From an uncultured Lentimicrobiaceae bacterium (GTDB lineage: Bacteria; Bacteroidota; Bacteroidia; Bacteroidales; F082), in NCBI GenBank assembly GCA_964400655.1, contig CAYNVN010000121.1, positions 2,770 through 66,769 of the forward strand: DNA of 64,000 nt. Direction: 5' to 3'. Shown here piece after piece: positions 9,152 to 17,671 of the stretch. Position numbers and translations under genes: made by a program. The stretch's first letter is position 1, and each line of letters opens with the position of its first letter. Under the pieces are notes generated by a model. The model had not been told where the DNA came from, did not search any database, and saw only the letters and a program-made list of their open reading frames with translations.

Positions 9152-9838
9152 CTACATTTTATCGTAACAATGATGCAATCGCTGAAAAGCGGTATAGTTT
9201 GTTAATACAGCCATAATAAATATGGGAAATGTAAAAACCGATATGTTTTCAAAAAGCGGAAAAGGCAAAAAATCAACCGAAAACTTAAAATTGCCAAAAA
9301 CCATCGACACAATACCATACAATATTGCGGTAATACCAATGGTAAGCACTCTTTCAGGCCGCTGCATCATACCTACTTTACACTCCACACCCAATCCTTC
9401 AGCCCGGGCTCTTACATAACTTACCATAATGGAACCTATCATGGCAATAAAAGCGAATACGGAACTTAAAAGATAATCGTAACTAACAAGGTAATAAGCA
9501 ATACCAAAAAACATAACCATTTCGCTGTACCGGTCTAATACCGAATCGTATAAAGCACCGAATTTGGTTGTTTTTCCGGTTCGGCGGGCAAGCTGACCGT
9601 CAAGCATATCAAATAGTCCTGCAAATAAAGTAACAGCCCCAAACCACATTATATAATGGTAATTTCCTCTCTCACCCGCTTCGGCACCGTAAACAAGAAC
9701 GGCAGCCGAAATCATAGTAATAAATAAACCAATTGTTGTAATCCCGTTGGGTGTTACACCGGTTTTAATTAACACACCGATAAACGGATCAAGTAATTTA
9801 TATGCCCTTATTTTGATTTTTTCCCAGTTAAATTCCAT
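9152..9838 (-). CDS. CDP-alcohol phosphatidyltransferase (probable phosphatidylinositol-phosphate synthase)
   Basis: Complete DGx2ARx8Gx3Dx3D motif in DMLDGQLARRTGKTTKFGALYDSVLD. Polytopic membrane protein and first gene of the operon. Confidence 0.9.
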   Translation of the reverse strand: MEFNWEKIKIRAYKLLDPFIGVLIKTGVTPNGITTIGLFITMISAAVLVYGAEAGERGNYHYIMWFGAVTLFAGLFDMLDGQLARRTGKTTKFGALYDSVLDRYSEMVMFFGIAYYLVSYDYLLSSVFAFIAMIGSIMVSYVRARAEGLGVECKVGMMQRPERVLTIGITAILYGIVSMVFGNFKFSVDFLPFPLFENISVFTFPIFIMAVLTNYTAFQRLHHCYDKM

Positions 9839-9859
9839 TTTTAATATATAATTATATAT

Positions 9860-9879
9860 GTTAGTTTATATTTACTAAC
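9860..9879. promoter_or_regulatory. Operator-like palindrome, copy 3 (GTTAGTTTATATTTACTAAC), in the 5' leader of the inositol-lipid operon
   Basis: Shares the GTTAGT...ACTAAC arms with the other two copies. Lies 21 nt upstream of the ATG at 9838. Confidence 0.55.
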
Positions 9880-9960
9880 CTGTACTATAAAAAAACATTT
9901 ATCACAAACCTTCATTAGCCATTTTACCAATAATAAAGATAAATTGAAAAAATGATTTTG

Positions 9961-9984
9961 CAAAGTTAGTTAATATAAACTAAC
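9961..9984. promoter_or_regulatory. Operator-like palindrome, copy 2 (GTTAGTTAATATAAACTAAC, 9965-9984), overlapping a minus-strand TAACTTTG -7 box (9961-9968)
   Basis: The reverse complement of 9961-9968 is TAACTTTG, which fits the Bacteroidota TAnnTTTG -7 consensus. It is oriented toward the operon starting at 9838. Confidence 0.6.
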
Positions 9985-10286
9985 TTCCTAATTATTTTTA
10001 TTGTTTTTTTGCATTATTAAAACCCTGGATTTTGAAATAACTTTTTTTATAACCTGTAATACTTTGATTTAACCGGCTTTATTTAATGTCAAACATCTAA
10101 TACTGCTACATATTGTATAAATATTCCTTAAATCATCCCTTTTAATAAATCGTATTTTTTTACCAACCGGTCAGCTTTAAAAAAAACATTTAATAAAACA
10201 ATCGACATTATTTTTAAAATAATATTTGGTTATAAAGGCACCAACCCGTTTATTAAAATAAAAAAAAATTAAGAAAATGCTTGGAT

Positions 10287-10310
10287 GTTAGTTAATATTA
10301 ACTAACTTTG
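10287..10310. promoter_or_regulatory. Operator palindrome, copy 1 (perfect 20-mer GTTAGTTAATATTAACTAAC, 10287-10306), overlapping a plus-strand TAACTTTG -7 box (10303-10310)
   Basis: Perfect self-complementary 20-mer. The -7 box lies about 40 nt upstream of the TetR ATG (10351). Confidence 0.65.
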
Positions 10311-10350
10311 TCGCGGATTTCGATCGTAAAAGTAAAATAAATTTATTGTA

Positions 10351-10929
10351 ATGCAAACAGAAAGACAAACACAAATAATGGAGTCGGCACTTGAGCTTAT
10401 TGCCGAAAAAGGTATTCAGGGATTAACCATTAAAAATTTATCGAAAAAAATTGGCATTTCGGAACCGGCCATATATCGCCACTTTGAAAACAAAAGCAGC
10501 ATCTTACTTACCATTCTGGATAACTTTAAACAGATGGCTGCCATGTTATCGGCCATAATACCCACTGTTGGAGAAACCGCATTTGATAAAATTTCATTTA
10601 TCTTTTCAAAGATTACCCAACTTTTTATTGAGTCGCCATCTTATGTATCGGTAATTTTTTCGGAAGAGATTTTTAAAAACGATTTACAACTAAAAAATAA
10701 AATTACCGAAGTTCTTGACCAAAACGAGCAAACCATCGAGAACATCATTATTACCGGCCAGGAAAACGGCGATATACGAACAGACATCAGCAGCAAAAAT
10801 TTAGCACTTATTGTTATGGGTTCGTTACGATTTCTTGTTAAACAATGGGATATCAAGGAACGCCGGAAAAACCTTAAACAAGAAGGCGATCAACTGTTAA
10901 ACAGTTTAAAACTCATTATTAAAAAATAA
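10351..10929 (+). CDS. TetR/AcrR-family transcriptional regulator
   Basis: N-terminal HTH: IMESALELIAEKGIQGLTIKNLSKKIGISEPAIYRHFENK. 192 aa. Confidence 0.9.
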   Translation: MQTERQTQIMESALELIAEKGIQGLTIKNLSKKIGISEPAIYRHFENKSSILLTILDNFKQMAAMLSAIIPTVGETAFDKISFIFSKITQLFIESPSYVSVIFSEEIFKNDLQLKNKITEVLDQNEQTIENIIITGQENGDIRTDISSKNLALIVMGSLRFLVKQWDIKERRKNLKQEGDQLLNSLKLIIKK

Positions 10930-11101
10930 AATACCGAAAGAACAAAAGTTTACATGAACAAAAGCGGTGTAGTGATGAAATAAACGGATTAAACATTAAG
11001 CACAACAGAAAGATTTGAAGCATTACAATCCCAAAAATGTGCGATATAATTGATGTTATTATTGGGATGCAGGAAGATTTCCGGATCATAAAATAACTGT
11101 T

Positions 11102-11917
11102 ATGAAAATAAAAATCAATATATTGTTATTATTCGGCTTACTGCTTTTCACTTCTTGCAACGAAGTATTTGACTACTCACCTTATGTTATTGATTTTGAC
11201 GACGAAAACAGAGATGTTAACAAAACCAATATAGCCAAATTATTATTAAAAAAAGCACCTGACACCATACACATTGCATTTACGGGAGACTCGCACAGGT
11301 TTTATGACGAACTGGAAGATTTTGTTGACAAAGTAAACGAAGTAAACCAAACAAGCCCTTTTGATTTTGTAATTCATGTTGGAGATATTGCCGACTTCGG
11401 TTTACCAAAACAGTATTTGTGGGGCAACTCCTCTTTACTAAACCTTGACATACCCTATTTTGTTCTTTTGGGAAATCACGATATGGTTGGAAATGGCGGA
11501 CAGGCTTACACCGAAATGTTTGGCGACTACAACTTCAGCTTTATTTACGGCAAAATAAAGTTTGTTTTTTTAAACACAAACAGCCGCGAATTTAAATTCA
11601 ACGGTAAAGTACCCGATTTAAACTGGCTTGATAATGAGCTAAAACCCGCCGATGATTTCAGTTATGCCGTAGTTATTTTCCATGTGCCTCCCACGGATGC
11701 TGATTTTGACCCTGATTTAACAGAAGCTTTCCATCAAACGCTGGCAAAGTATAACAATGTGCTGTTTGGAGTGCACGGCCATTTACACCATTTCAATGTT
11801 TACAAACCTTTTCCCGACAGCATTACCTATGTTAATGTTTACGGTGTAGAACACCGGAAATTCACAGTCATTGACATTAGCGGCCATCACTTTAATATTA
11901 AGGAGTATGCGTTTTAA
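11102..11917 (+). CDS. Calcineurin-like metallophosphoesterase lipoprotein
   Basis: Lipobox LLFTSC. Phosphoesterase motif series GDSH, GDIADFG, GNHD, FHVPP and GHLHH. Confidence 0.85.
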   Translation: MKIKINILLLFGLLLFTSCNEVFDYSPYVIDFDDENRDVNKTNIAKLLLKKAPDTIHIAFTGDSHRFYDELEDFVDKVNEVNQTSPFDFVIHVGDIADFGLPKQYLWGNSSLLNLDIPYFVLLGNHDMVGNGGQAYTEMFGDYNFSFIYGKIKFVFLNTNSREFKFNGKVPDLNWLDNELKPADDFSYAVVIFHVPPTDADFDPDLTEAFHQTLAKYNNVLFGVHGHLHHFNVYKPFPDSITYVNVYGVEHRKFTVIDISGHHFNIKEYAF

Positions 11918-12518
11918 AATACTAATTATATTAATTTTTATGGCGGGAACCCCATCAGTGGCGCAACACGCTGAAGCTTCTCCAAAAGCCGATACTTCGG
12001 TTTGGGTTAAGTTTATCCCCGATTATGTTAAACTGCAATATGCCGGAGGAATAGGCTTTTTATCGGCAGGAGTTGGCTACACCTTTTTCAAACAAAACCT
12101 CGATATCTCACTGTTTTACGGTTATGTTCCAAAGTGGTTTACCACCGACGACCTGCACAGCATCAGTTTGCAGTTTACGGCAAAACTGTTCAGAATTAAA
12201 GCATCCGATAACATTGAAATTCTTCCTTTAAACATAGGATGGTATTTACATCATACTTTTGGTAACGAATATTGGGTAAAACTACCTAACAACTATCCTA
12301 AAGGTTACTATTGGTGGTCGCCCGGAAGAAATGCAGGAGTATTTTTGGGTGGTGAAATAAAAACAAAACTGCTGGCCAATAAATCGCCGGCATCGGGGCT
12401 GGCTTTTTATGTAAGGGCAGGTACCCGGGGGCTTTACTTAGCCAGTAAAGCGGGAAACAAATCGTTACCGATTACCGACATTATAGAGCTTGGATTTGGC
12501 GTTGCCTTGTACCGATAA
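11907..12518 (+). CDS. Secreted hypothetical protein, probably a small outer-membrane beta-barrel
   Basis: I chose the ATG at 11907 because it gives signal peptide MRFKILIILIFMAGTPSVAQ. Alternating aromatic/Gly-rich strands and a C-terminal ...GFGVALYR. Overlaps the upstream stop by 11 nt. Confidence 0.5.
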   Translation: MRFKILIILIFMAGTPSVAQHAEASPKADTSVWVKFIPDYVKLQYAGGIGFLSAGVGYTFFKQNLDISLFYGYVPKWFTTDDLHSISLQFTAKLFRIKASDNIEILPLNIGWYLHHTFGNEYWVKLPNNYPKGYYWWSPGRNAGVFLGGEIKTKLLANKSPASGLAFYVRAGTRGLYLASKAGNKSLPITDIIELGFGVALYR

Positions 12519-12528
12519 TATTTTAAAA

Positions 12529-13422
12529 ATGAAAAACATACTTATAATACTTCTTACGGGGATTTTGATTTTGGCAAAATGTCAGGCTCAAAACAAAAAG
12601 GTTCCCGAAATACGCTTAACTACCATAGCACAGGTTAACCAGGGAAACAGTTACATAACGGCACCCATAGATATTGGCAATATAGAGCCATTATGGTTTG
12701 AAGCAAATATTATTCCCGGATTTCATATACGTCAAAATAAAGATTCGAGATTAATGGGCGTTTTAACACCCCAAATCATCATCAGAATGTATCAGGAAAA
12801 GTCGGCTCCGGTACGTACCCCCAGTTATATCCCACAAATTACGGTATATTATAAACTCAAATCAAAAACCGAAGCAAACAGTCTTAGTGTTTTCGGTAAA
12901 ATAGCACACCACTCAAACGGCCAGGACGGAGAATATTTGTTGGAAAACGGAGAGGTTAATCTAAAAACCGGCGACTTTTCAACCAATTACATTGAGATGG
13001 GCATTATTGTAACCAACTTCAACAAAAAACTTAATGCGGTACAGTTTTTCGGAACCTCTTTTGAACTTCATCCCGAAAGCCTGACAAATAATACCATGAT
13101 CGGCTCATACGGGCTGTATCGCTGGAACTCCATCTTTTCAATATTTAAGTTGCCTGACGGTGCCGGCAACAAACAAAAAAAACGGGCTAAAATATCGCTG
13201 AAAGGCGAAACAACCTGGATGTTCGGCAAACTTTACGACTGGAACTGGTACTCATTGAACCGGTTAAATTTAAGTTTTACATTTTACTATCATCCGCGTT
13301 TTTTAGAAGAGATAGGCCTGTTTGTAAATATTTACCACGGAATGGATTATTACAACATCTATTTCAACCATCAGATCAGCGTTATTCGTTTTGGAATAAT
13401 GACTGAAATATTGCAGTTCTAA
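12529..13422 (+). CDS. Outer-membrane phospholipase A (OMPLA/PldA)-like protein
   Basis: Start chosen at MKNILIILLTGILILAKCQAQ. IAHHSNGQDG matches the HxSNG catalytic motif of OMPLA, and a downstream DFSTNY is a possible catalytic Asn region. Size is about right for PldA. Confidence 0.6.
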   Translation: MKNILIILLTGILILAKCQAQNKKVPEIRLTTIAQVNQGNSYITAPIDIGNIEPLWFEANIIPGFHIRQNKDSRLMGVLTPQIIIRMYQEKSAPVRTPSYIPQITVYYKLKSKTEANSLSVFGKIAHHSNGQDGEYLLENGEVNLKTGDFSTNYIEMGIIVTNFNKKLNAVQFFGTSFELHPESLTNNTMIGSYGLYRWNSIFSIFKLPDGAGNKQKKRAKISLKGETTWMFGKLYDWNWYSLNRLNLSFTFYYHPRFLEEIGLFVNIYHGMDYYNIYFNHQISVIRFGIMTEILQF

Positions 13423-13573
13423 ACAAAATTTTTAAAGCAACGCCACTATTTATTACCAACAAATTATGTAAATATACCATAACAACAATTTACAGCAATA
13501 TCAAATAATATTTGCTTTAACACGTTATCGTAATTCATATTTACACAAATTAAAAATCAAAACCTTTAAATAA

Positions 13574-13996
13574 ATGATTAAAAACGTTTTATTAATTGTG
13601 CTTTTCCTTACCACAACTACAGGATTTTCACAACAAGCCAACGACATTATTGGAAAGTACAGGCTGCCAAACAAACTGGACATTGAAATATTTAAAGTTA
13701 ACAATGAATATTTCGGGAAAATTATCGCATTAAACGGTTATGAAAACGGTCAAACGGTTGACCTGAAAAACCCTGACAAGTCGAAACGGAATAATCCGTT
13801 GGTGGGTATGGTCATTATTAAAAACCTAAAATACGATGAAAAAGAAGGCAAATGGATTGACGGTGAAATGTACGGCCCTGAAAAAGGTATGGTTTTTAAC
13901 CTGAAAATAACAGAAATAAAAAACAACAAAGCTACTGCCGTCGGGTCGAAATACTTTTTCCGGCACACCCTGCAATGGGAAAAATTAGATTCTTAA
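13574..13996 (+). CDS. DUF2147-like small secreted protein
   Basis: Signal peptide followed by IIGKY...GKII...NPDKSKRNNPLVGMVIIKNLKYDEKEGKWIDGEMYGPEKG, a pattern typical of DUF2147. Confidence 0.65.
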   Translation: MIKNVLLIVLFLTTTTGFSQQANDIIGKYRLPNKLDIEIFKVNNEYFGKIIALNGYENGQTVDLKNPDKSKRNNPLVGMVIIKNLKYDEKEGKWIDGEMYGPEKGMVFNLKITEIKNNKATAVGSKYFFRHTLQWEKLDS

Positions 13997-14040
13997 GATT
14001 TGCAAACCAATATCCATGCGCTTTAAATATTGGTTTCTTA

Positions 14041-14067
14041 ATCCCTGCTTATGCAGGGATTTTTTTA
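14041..14067 (+). terminator. Rho-independent terminator
   Basis: Perfect 8-bp stem ATCCCTGC/GCAGGGAT with loop TTAT, followed by T7. Confidence 0.8.
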
Positions 14068-15357
14068 TTGCTTAACAAAAACTCCCGTGGAAACAGGTCT
14101 GTTTTTTTCCGACAGTTTTAAAAGATAAACACCTGCCGGTATCCGGCTTATGTTTATAGGGTTTGAACCAACATCTCCGCTGTTTACCAAACGCCCTTGG
14201 GATGTGTAAATGGCAAACCGGTCATAATCCTGAATATCTTTTACAACAATATAATCTGTTGCAGGGTTGGGATAAACAACAAGTTGCAACATGTTTTTTC
14301 CGGTAACCGACTGCGGTTTAAAAGCCGAATAGTAATAATCGGTAGTGGTTTTAACTTCCCAGTTGCCGTTATCGGTTTCGTAATAAACAGCTTCGGCAAC
14401 CTTCCCTTTGGGATCAGGAACTTCGTACAAGGTGGTATAGGGGGAAAAACCGGCATCTGGACGAATGATTAATTCCGGTGCAATATCGTATTCAAGGGCA
14501 AACTCATTTTTTGAAATTCCTTCCCATGCCTCCGTTTCTTCATTCCAGCCAAAGTTTTCATAATAAGCCACATCTCCCTGATCATTATAATGATAAACAG
14601 CCTTGTGGTAATTCACAAATGCTCCAATTTCATACACCCAGTTTTCTTCCGTAATGGTTTTGGTAAGCGTTTCATAAGCATATTCAAATCTTTTTGAGAT
14701 AACCCACGATTCGGCACTGGCCACCCAGTTATACGTCAACCGCGTTAACAACAAAGTATCCGCATCGTAAATCAACGTTGATTTGCTGAAGTTAACCAGT
14801 TGCGAACCCGATAACTGTTTAACCAAAATGGTAACGGGCATATTCATTTCGTTGTATTCGATGGTATCGGTACGGTATAGCTTCATCTGTCCGCTTTCAT
14901 CAACCACTCGATAAACAGAACCGCTGATTCGCAACCCTGCGTTATTGTATGTATAAACCGATCTTTCCAACTGTTCCCATTCTTCCGAAACCGTATTCCA
15001 TTTATACTGTTGCTCTTCAACAAGCGCACCCGCATCGTTTAAAAACATCTCCCTCTTTTCATCGTTCAATAACGCTTTTGAATCGCTTGCACTCTGTTTG
15101 GTAATTTGAACAATATGCCTATCGCTGTACTCACGGGTACATTCTGTTTCGTGAAGCACATTGTTATTGTACGAAAAGTTATAACGGTAAACCAGCCTGC
15201 CGTAAAAATCGTATTGATATTTTTCATGAAAGGTATCGGTTCCCTCACCGTTTTTTACAATACTATCAAGCTGTATCCTGTCACCCGACAAAAGGGTTTG
15301 ACCAAATGACGAAACCCCAATCACCAGGGCCATCGTCAATAAAACATATTTTTTCAT
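14065..15357 (-). CDS. T9SS-secreted protein (type A C-terminal sorting domain)
   Basis: Signal peptide, plus a C-terminus LVVYPNPATDYIVVK...IYTSQGRLV...IPAGVYLLKL...TGVFVKQ typical of the Por/T9SS CTD. Confidence 0.8.
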   Translation of the reverse strand: MKKYVLLTMALVIGVSSFGQTLLSGDRIQLDSIVKNGEGTDTFHEKYQYDFYGRLVYRYNFSYNNNVLHETECTREYSDRHIVQITKQSASDSKALLNDEKREMFLNDAGALVEEQQYKWNTVSEEWEQLERSVYTYNNAGLRISGSVYRVVDESGQMKLYRTDTIEYNEMNMPVTILVKQLSGSQLVNFSKSTLIYDADTLLLTRLTYNWVASAESWVISKRFEYAYETLTKTITEENWVYEIGAFVNYHKAVYHYNDQGDVAYYENFGWNEETEAWEGISKNEFALEYDIAPELIIRPDAGFSPYTTLYEVPDPKGKVAEAVYYETDNGNWEVKTTTDYYYSAFKPQSVTGKNMLQLVVYPNPATDYIVVKDIQDYDRFAIYTSQGRLVNSGDVGSNPINISRIPAGVYLLKLSEKNRPVSTGVFVKQ

Positions 15358-15593
15358 ATTTTAATATTTTTTACAAAAATAGCAGCTATTTCATCCATTC
15401 ACTATTTTTTTATCTGTATTTTTTCAACCATCCGAAATCCAGGCCTTTATCCGAAAAACAATGTATCCTTTGTAAAAGCCTTAAAACAAAACCGCTGAAG
15501 CAAAACCGTAAGTTGGCCACTCAACTTTTATATGTTTTGATTTAAGTTTTCAAATAAATTATCATCTTTGTAAAATAAATTGTTAACAGGTTG

Positions 15594-17414
15594 ATGGCAT
15601 TAAAACAGCTGATTAAGATTATTTTACCTGCAGTGCTTGCTGCCGTGATTTTTTCGTGTGCCCGCGAAATGATGCCCACTGGCGGAAAAAAGGATGTAAA
15701 ACCTCCGCAGATTGTTCAATCGGTACCGCCCAACGGCTCGGCAAACTTTACCGGCAATAAGTTTGAATTAAAGTTCAATGAATTTGTGGTGCTGGATAAA
15801 ATTAACGAACAGCTGCTCATTTCGCCGCCCGTTAAAGAAAATCCCGACTTCCGCCTAAAAGGAAAATCGCTGATTGTTAAATTTAAAAACGAGCTGAAAC
15901 CCAACACAACCTATTCGGTTTATTTTGGCGATGCCATTGTTGACCTTACGGAAGGAAACCCGATACACAGTTTTACCTACCTCTTTTCAACCGGCGACCA
16001 TGTTGACTCGTTAAGCATGGCCGGCAAAGTTATCAACGCATTTGATTTAAAACCTGCCGACGGTGTGATGGTTATGCTCTACCGCAACGATAACGACACC
16101 ATACCGTTTGACTCGCTGCCCATGAGGGTACCGCCTTACTATTTAAGCAAAACGGACAAACAGGGGAATTTTCAATTTTCGGGACTGGCCGGCGACAACT
16201 ACCTTGTTTTTGCATTAAAGGACCTGAACAACAACTATATTTTCGACCAGCCCTCCGAAGAGATTGCCTTTTCCGACACACTTGTTTATCCCGAATACAT
16301 AACCCCTGCAAAAGTGGACACCACAATTGCAACCGATTCGGTTGCCATTGAAATAGATTCGGCCGCACAAATTATTTCCGACAGTTTGCTGCTCGACACC
16401 CTTCAAAAAACGGGAAAAATAACTCCGTTAAAACTATTATTGTTTAAGCAATACGATACCGTTCAACGGCTAATGGAAGCCAAACTCATCAGGCTTAACA
16501 CCATCCGGTTTATTTTTTCCAATCCTGCAGATAATGTAAGCATCAACGCGGTAAATTATCCTCAACGTAATGTTTGGCATTTAACCAAATGGTCGGCCGA
16601 ACACGACACCTTATGGTGGTTTTTACAAGAACCCGAAATAACGGTTGATACCCTAAACATCCTTTTGACGAACCGTGGCGACACCCTCGACAATCTGTTT
16701 ATCCCCGTTAAACTGCGCGAAAAAAAGCCGAACGTACGATTACGGAAAAACGAAAAAGAAAAAAGGAAAAGAAAAGACCTGCTTACCTGGCAAACAAACA
16801 TGACGGGAGGCATATCACCGGTTACAACGTTACATATAACCTTCGACCAGCCCATAGAAACAATCCTTACCGACTCGATACTTTTTGTAGCCGGTGAAGA
16901 TTCGGTTTACGCACCCACGTTTATCCCGCAGGATTCGTTACATATGGATTTTGTATTACCGGTCAAACTTAAAGAAGATACCAAATACAGGCTGTTTCTG
17001 CCCGACTCCTGCTTTATCGACCTGAACGGATATTTCAATAAAGAGAAATCGTTGAATTTTGGTGTAAAACCAATTAAAGAGTACGGCACTTTAACCATTA
17101 ACCTTAAACCCGGCGAAAAGGGAAGTTACCTGTTTCAGTTAATTAACGGTAAAGAAGAGGTTTTCAGACAAACATCTTTTACCGCCGACACCGCAGTGTA
17201 TATGGAGTATTTAAAACCGGGAAATTACCTGTTCAAAATTATAGTGGATAAAAACAACAACGGCAAATGGGATCCGGGCAATTATATCAAAAAGCTGGAG
17301 CCCGAACCGGTAACCTATTTTCAAAAAGTCATAAATGTACGTGCCAACTGGGAAATTGAAGAAACCTGGCAGTTCAAACCCGACGAAATGATTCCTGCCC
17401 CCGGAAAAAAATAA
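15594..17414 (+). CDS. Ig-like domain lipoprotein (SbsA/Big_5-like N-terminus)
   Basis: Lipobox VIFSCA followed by DVKPPQIVQSVPPNGSANF. ATG at 15594; the track's M at 15591 is a TTG. Confidence 0.6.
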   Translation: MALKQLIKIILPAVLAAVIFSCAREMMPTGGKKDVKPPQIVQSVPPNGSANFTGNKFELKFNEFVVLDKINEQLLISPPVKENPDFRLKGKSLIVKFKNELKPNTTYSVYFGDAIVDLTEGNPIHSFTYLFSTGDHVDSLSMAGKVINAFDLKPADGVMVMLYRNDNDTIPFDSLPMRVPPYYLSKTDKQGNFQFSGLAGDNYLVFALKDLNNNYIFDQPSEEIAFSDTLVYPEYITPAKVDTTIATDSVAIEIDSAAQIISDSLLLDTLQKTGKITPLKLLLFKQYDTVQRLMEAKLIRLNTIRFIFSNPADNVSINAVNYPQRNVWHLTKWSAEHDTLWWFLQEPEITVDTLNILLTNRGDTLDNLFIPVKLREKKPNVRLRKNEKEKRKRKDLLTWQTNMTGGISPVTTLHITFDQPIETILTDSILFVAGEDSVYAPTFIPQDSLHMDFVLPVKLKEDTKYRLFLPDSCFIDLNGYFNKEKSLNFGVKPIKEYGTLTINLKPGEKGSYLFQLINGKEEVFRQTSFTADTAVYMEYLKPGNYLFKIIVDKNNNGKWDPGNYIKKLEPEPVTYFQKVINVRANWEIEETWQFKPDEMIPAPGKK

Positions 17415-17671
17415 CCACCGGCTTCCGGCAGCTTGTATTCGTAATAAAGCAAGCACAGACCGTTTAATGCCACCATTCAAATTCACATTTTCTTAATAAG
17501 CCTGCGAATAATAAAAATTCATATACGCTTATCCTTTTTATTATGAACGGAGGAGGTACCATACTATTTTTGATCATGAAAACCGGTGATCGATTTCATC
17601 TTTTACACAAAATATTTGTTATCAATATTACGGTTTTGGAAATAAACAATTAACAAACAAAATTTATTATT

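Noticed and set aside
11871-12528. Upstream extended start codons proposed by the ORF track (for example 11871, 12490, 20949, 24031, 32837, 50064, 52121, 52616, 63548)
   Set aside because: Inspection shows these first codons are TTG or GTG, or they add non-signal residues. In each case a downstream ATG gives a canonical signal peptide or aligns with known homolog N-termini, so the shorter models were used.
15306-15545. Small ORFs in AT-rich intergenic DNA (15306-15545; also 24013-24201, 27077-27271, 43121-43321, 48212-48460)
   Set aside because: Their composition is low-complexity and driven by AT-rich DNA. They overlap the promoter or 5' regions of real genes and have no recognisable domains. 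They are most likely non-coding.
17543-17653. 36-codon ORF (MNGGGTILFLIMKTGDRFHLLHKIFVINITVLEINN) in the spacer upstream of the 17672 lipoprotein gene
   Set aside because: It is too short, and conservation cannot be assessed here. It could be a leader peptide, but nothing in the sequence supports that beyond being open.
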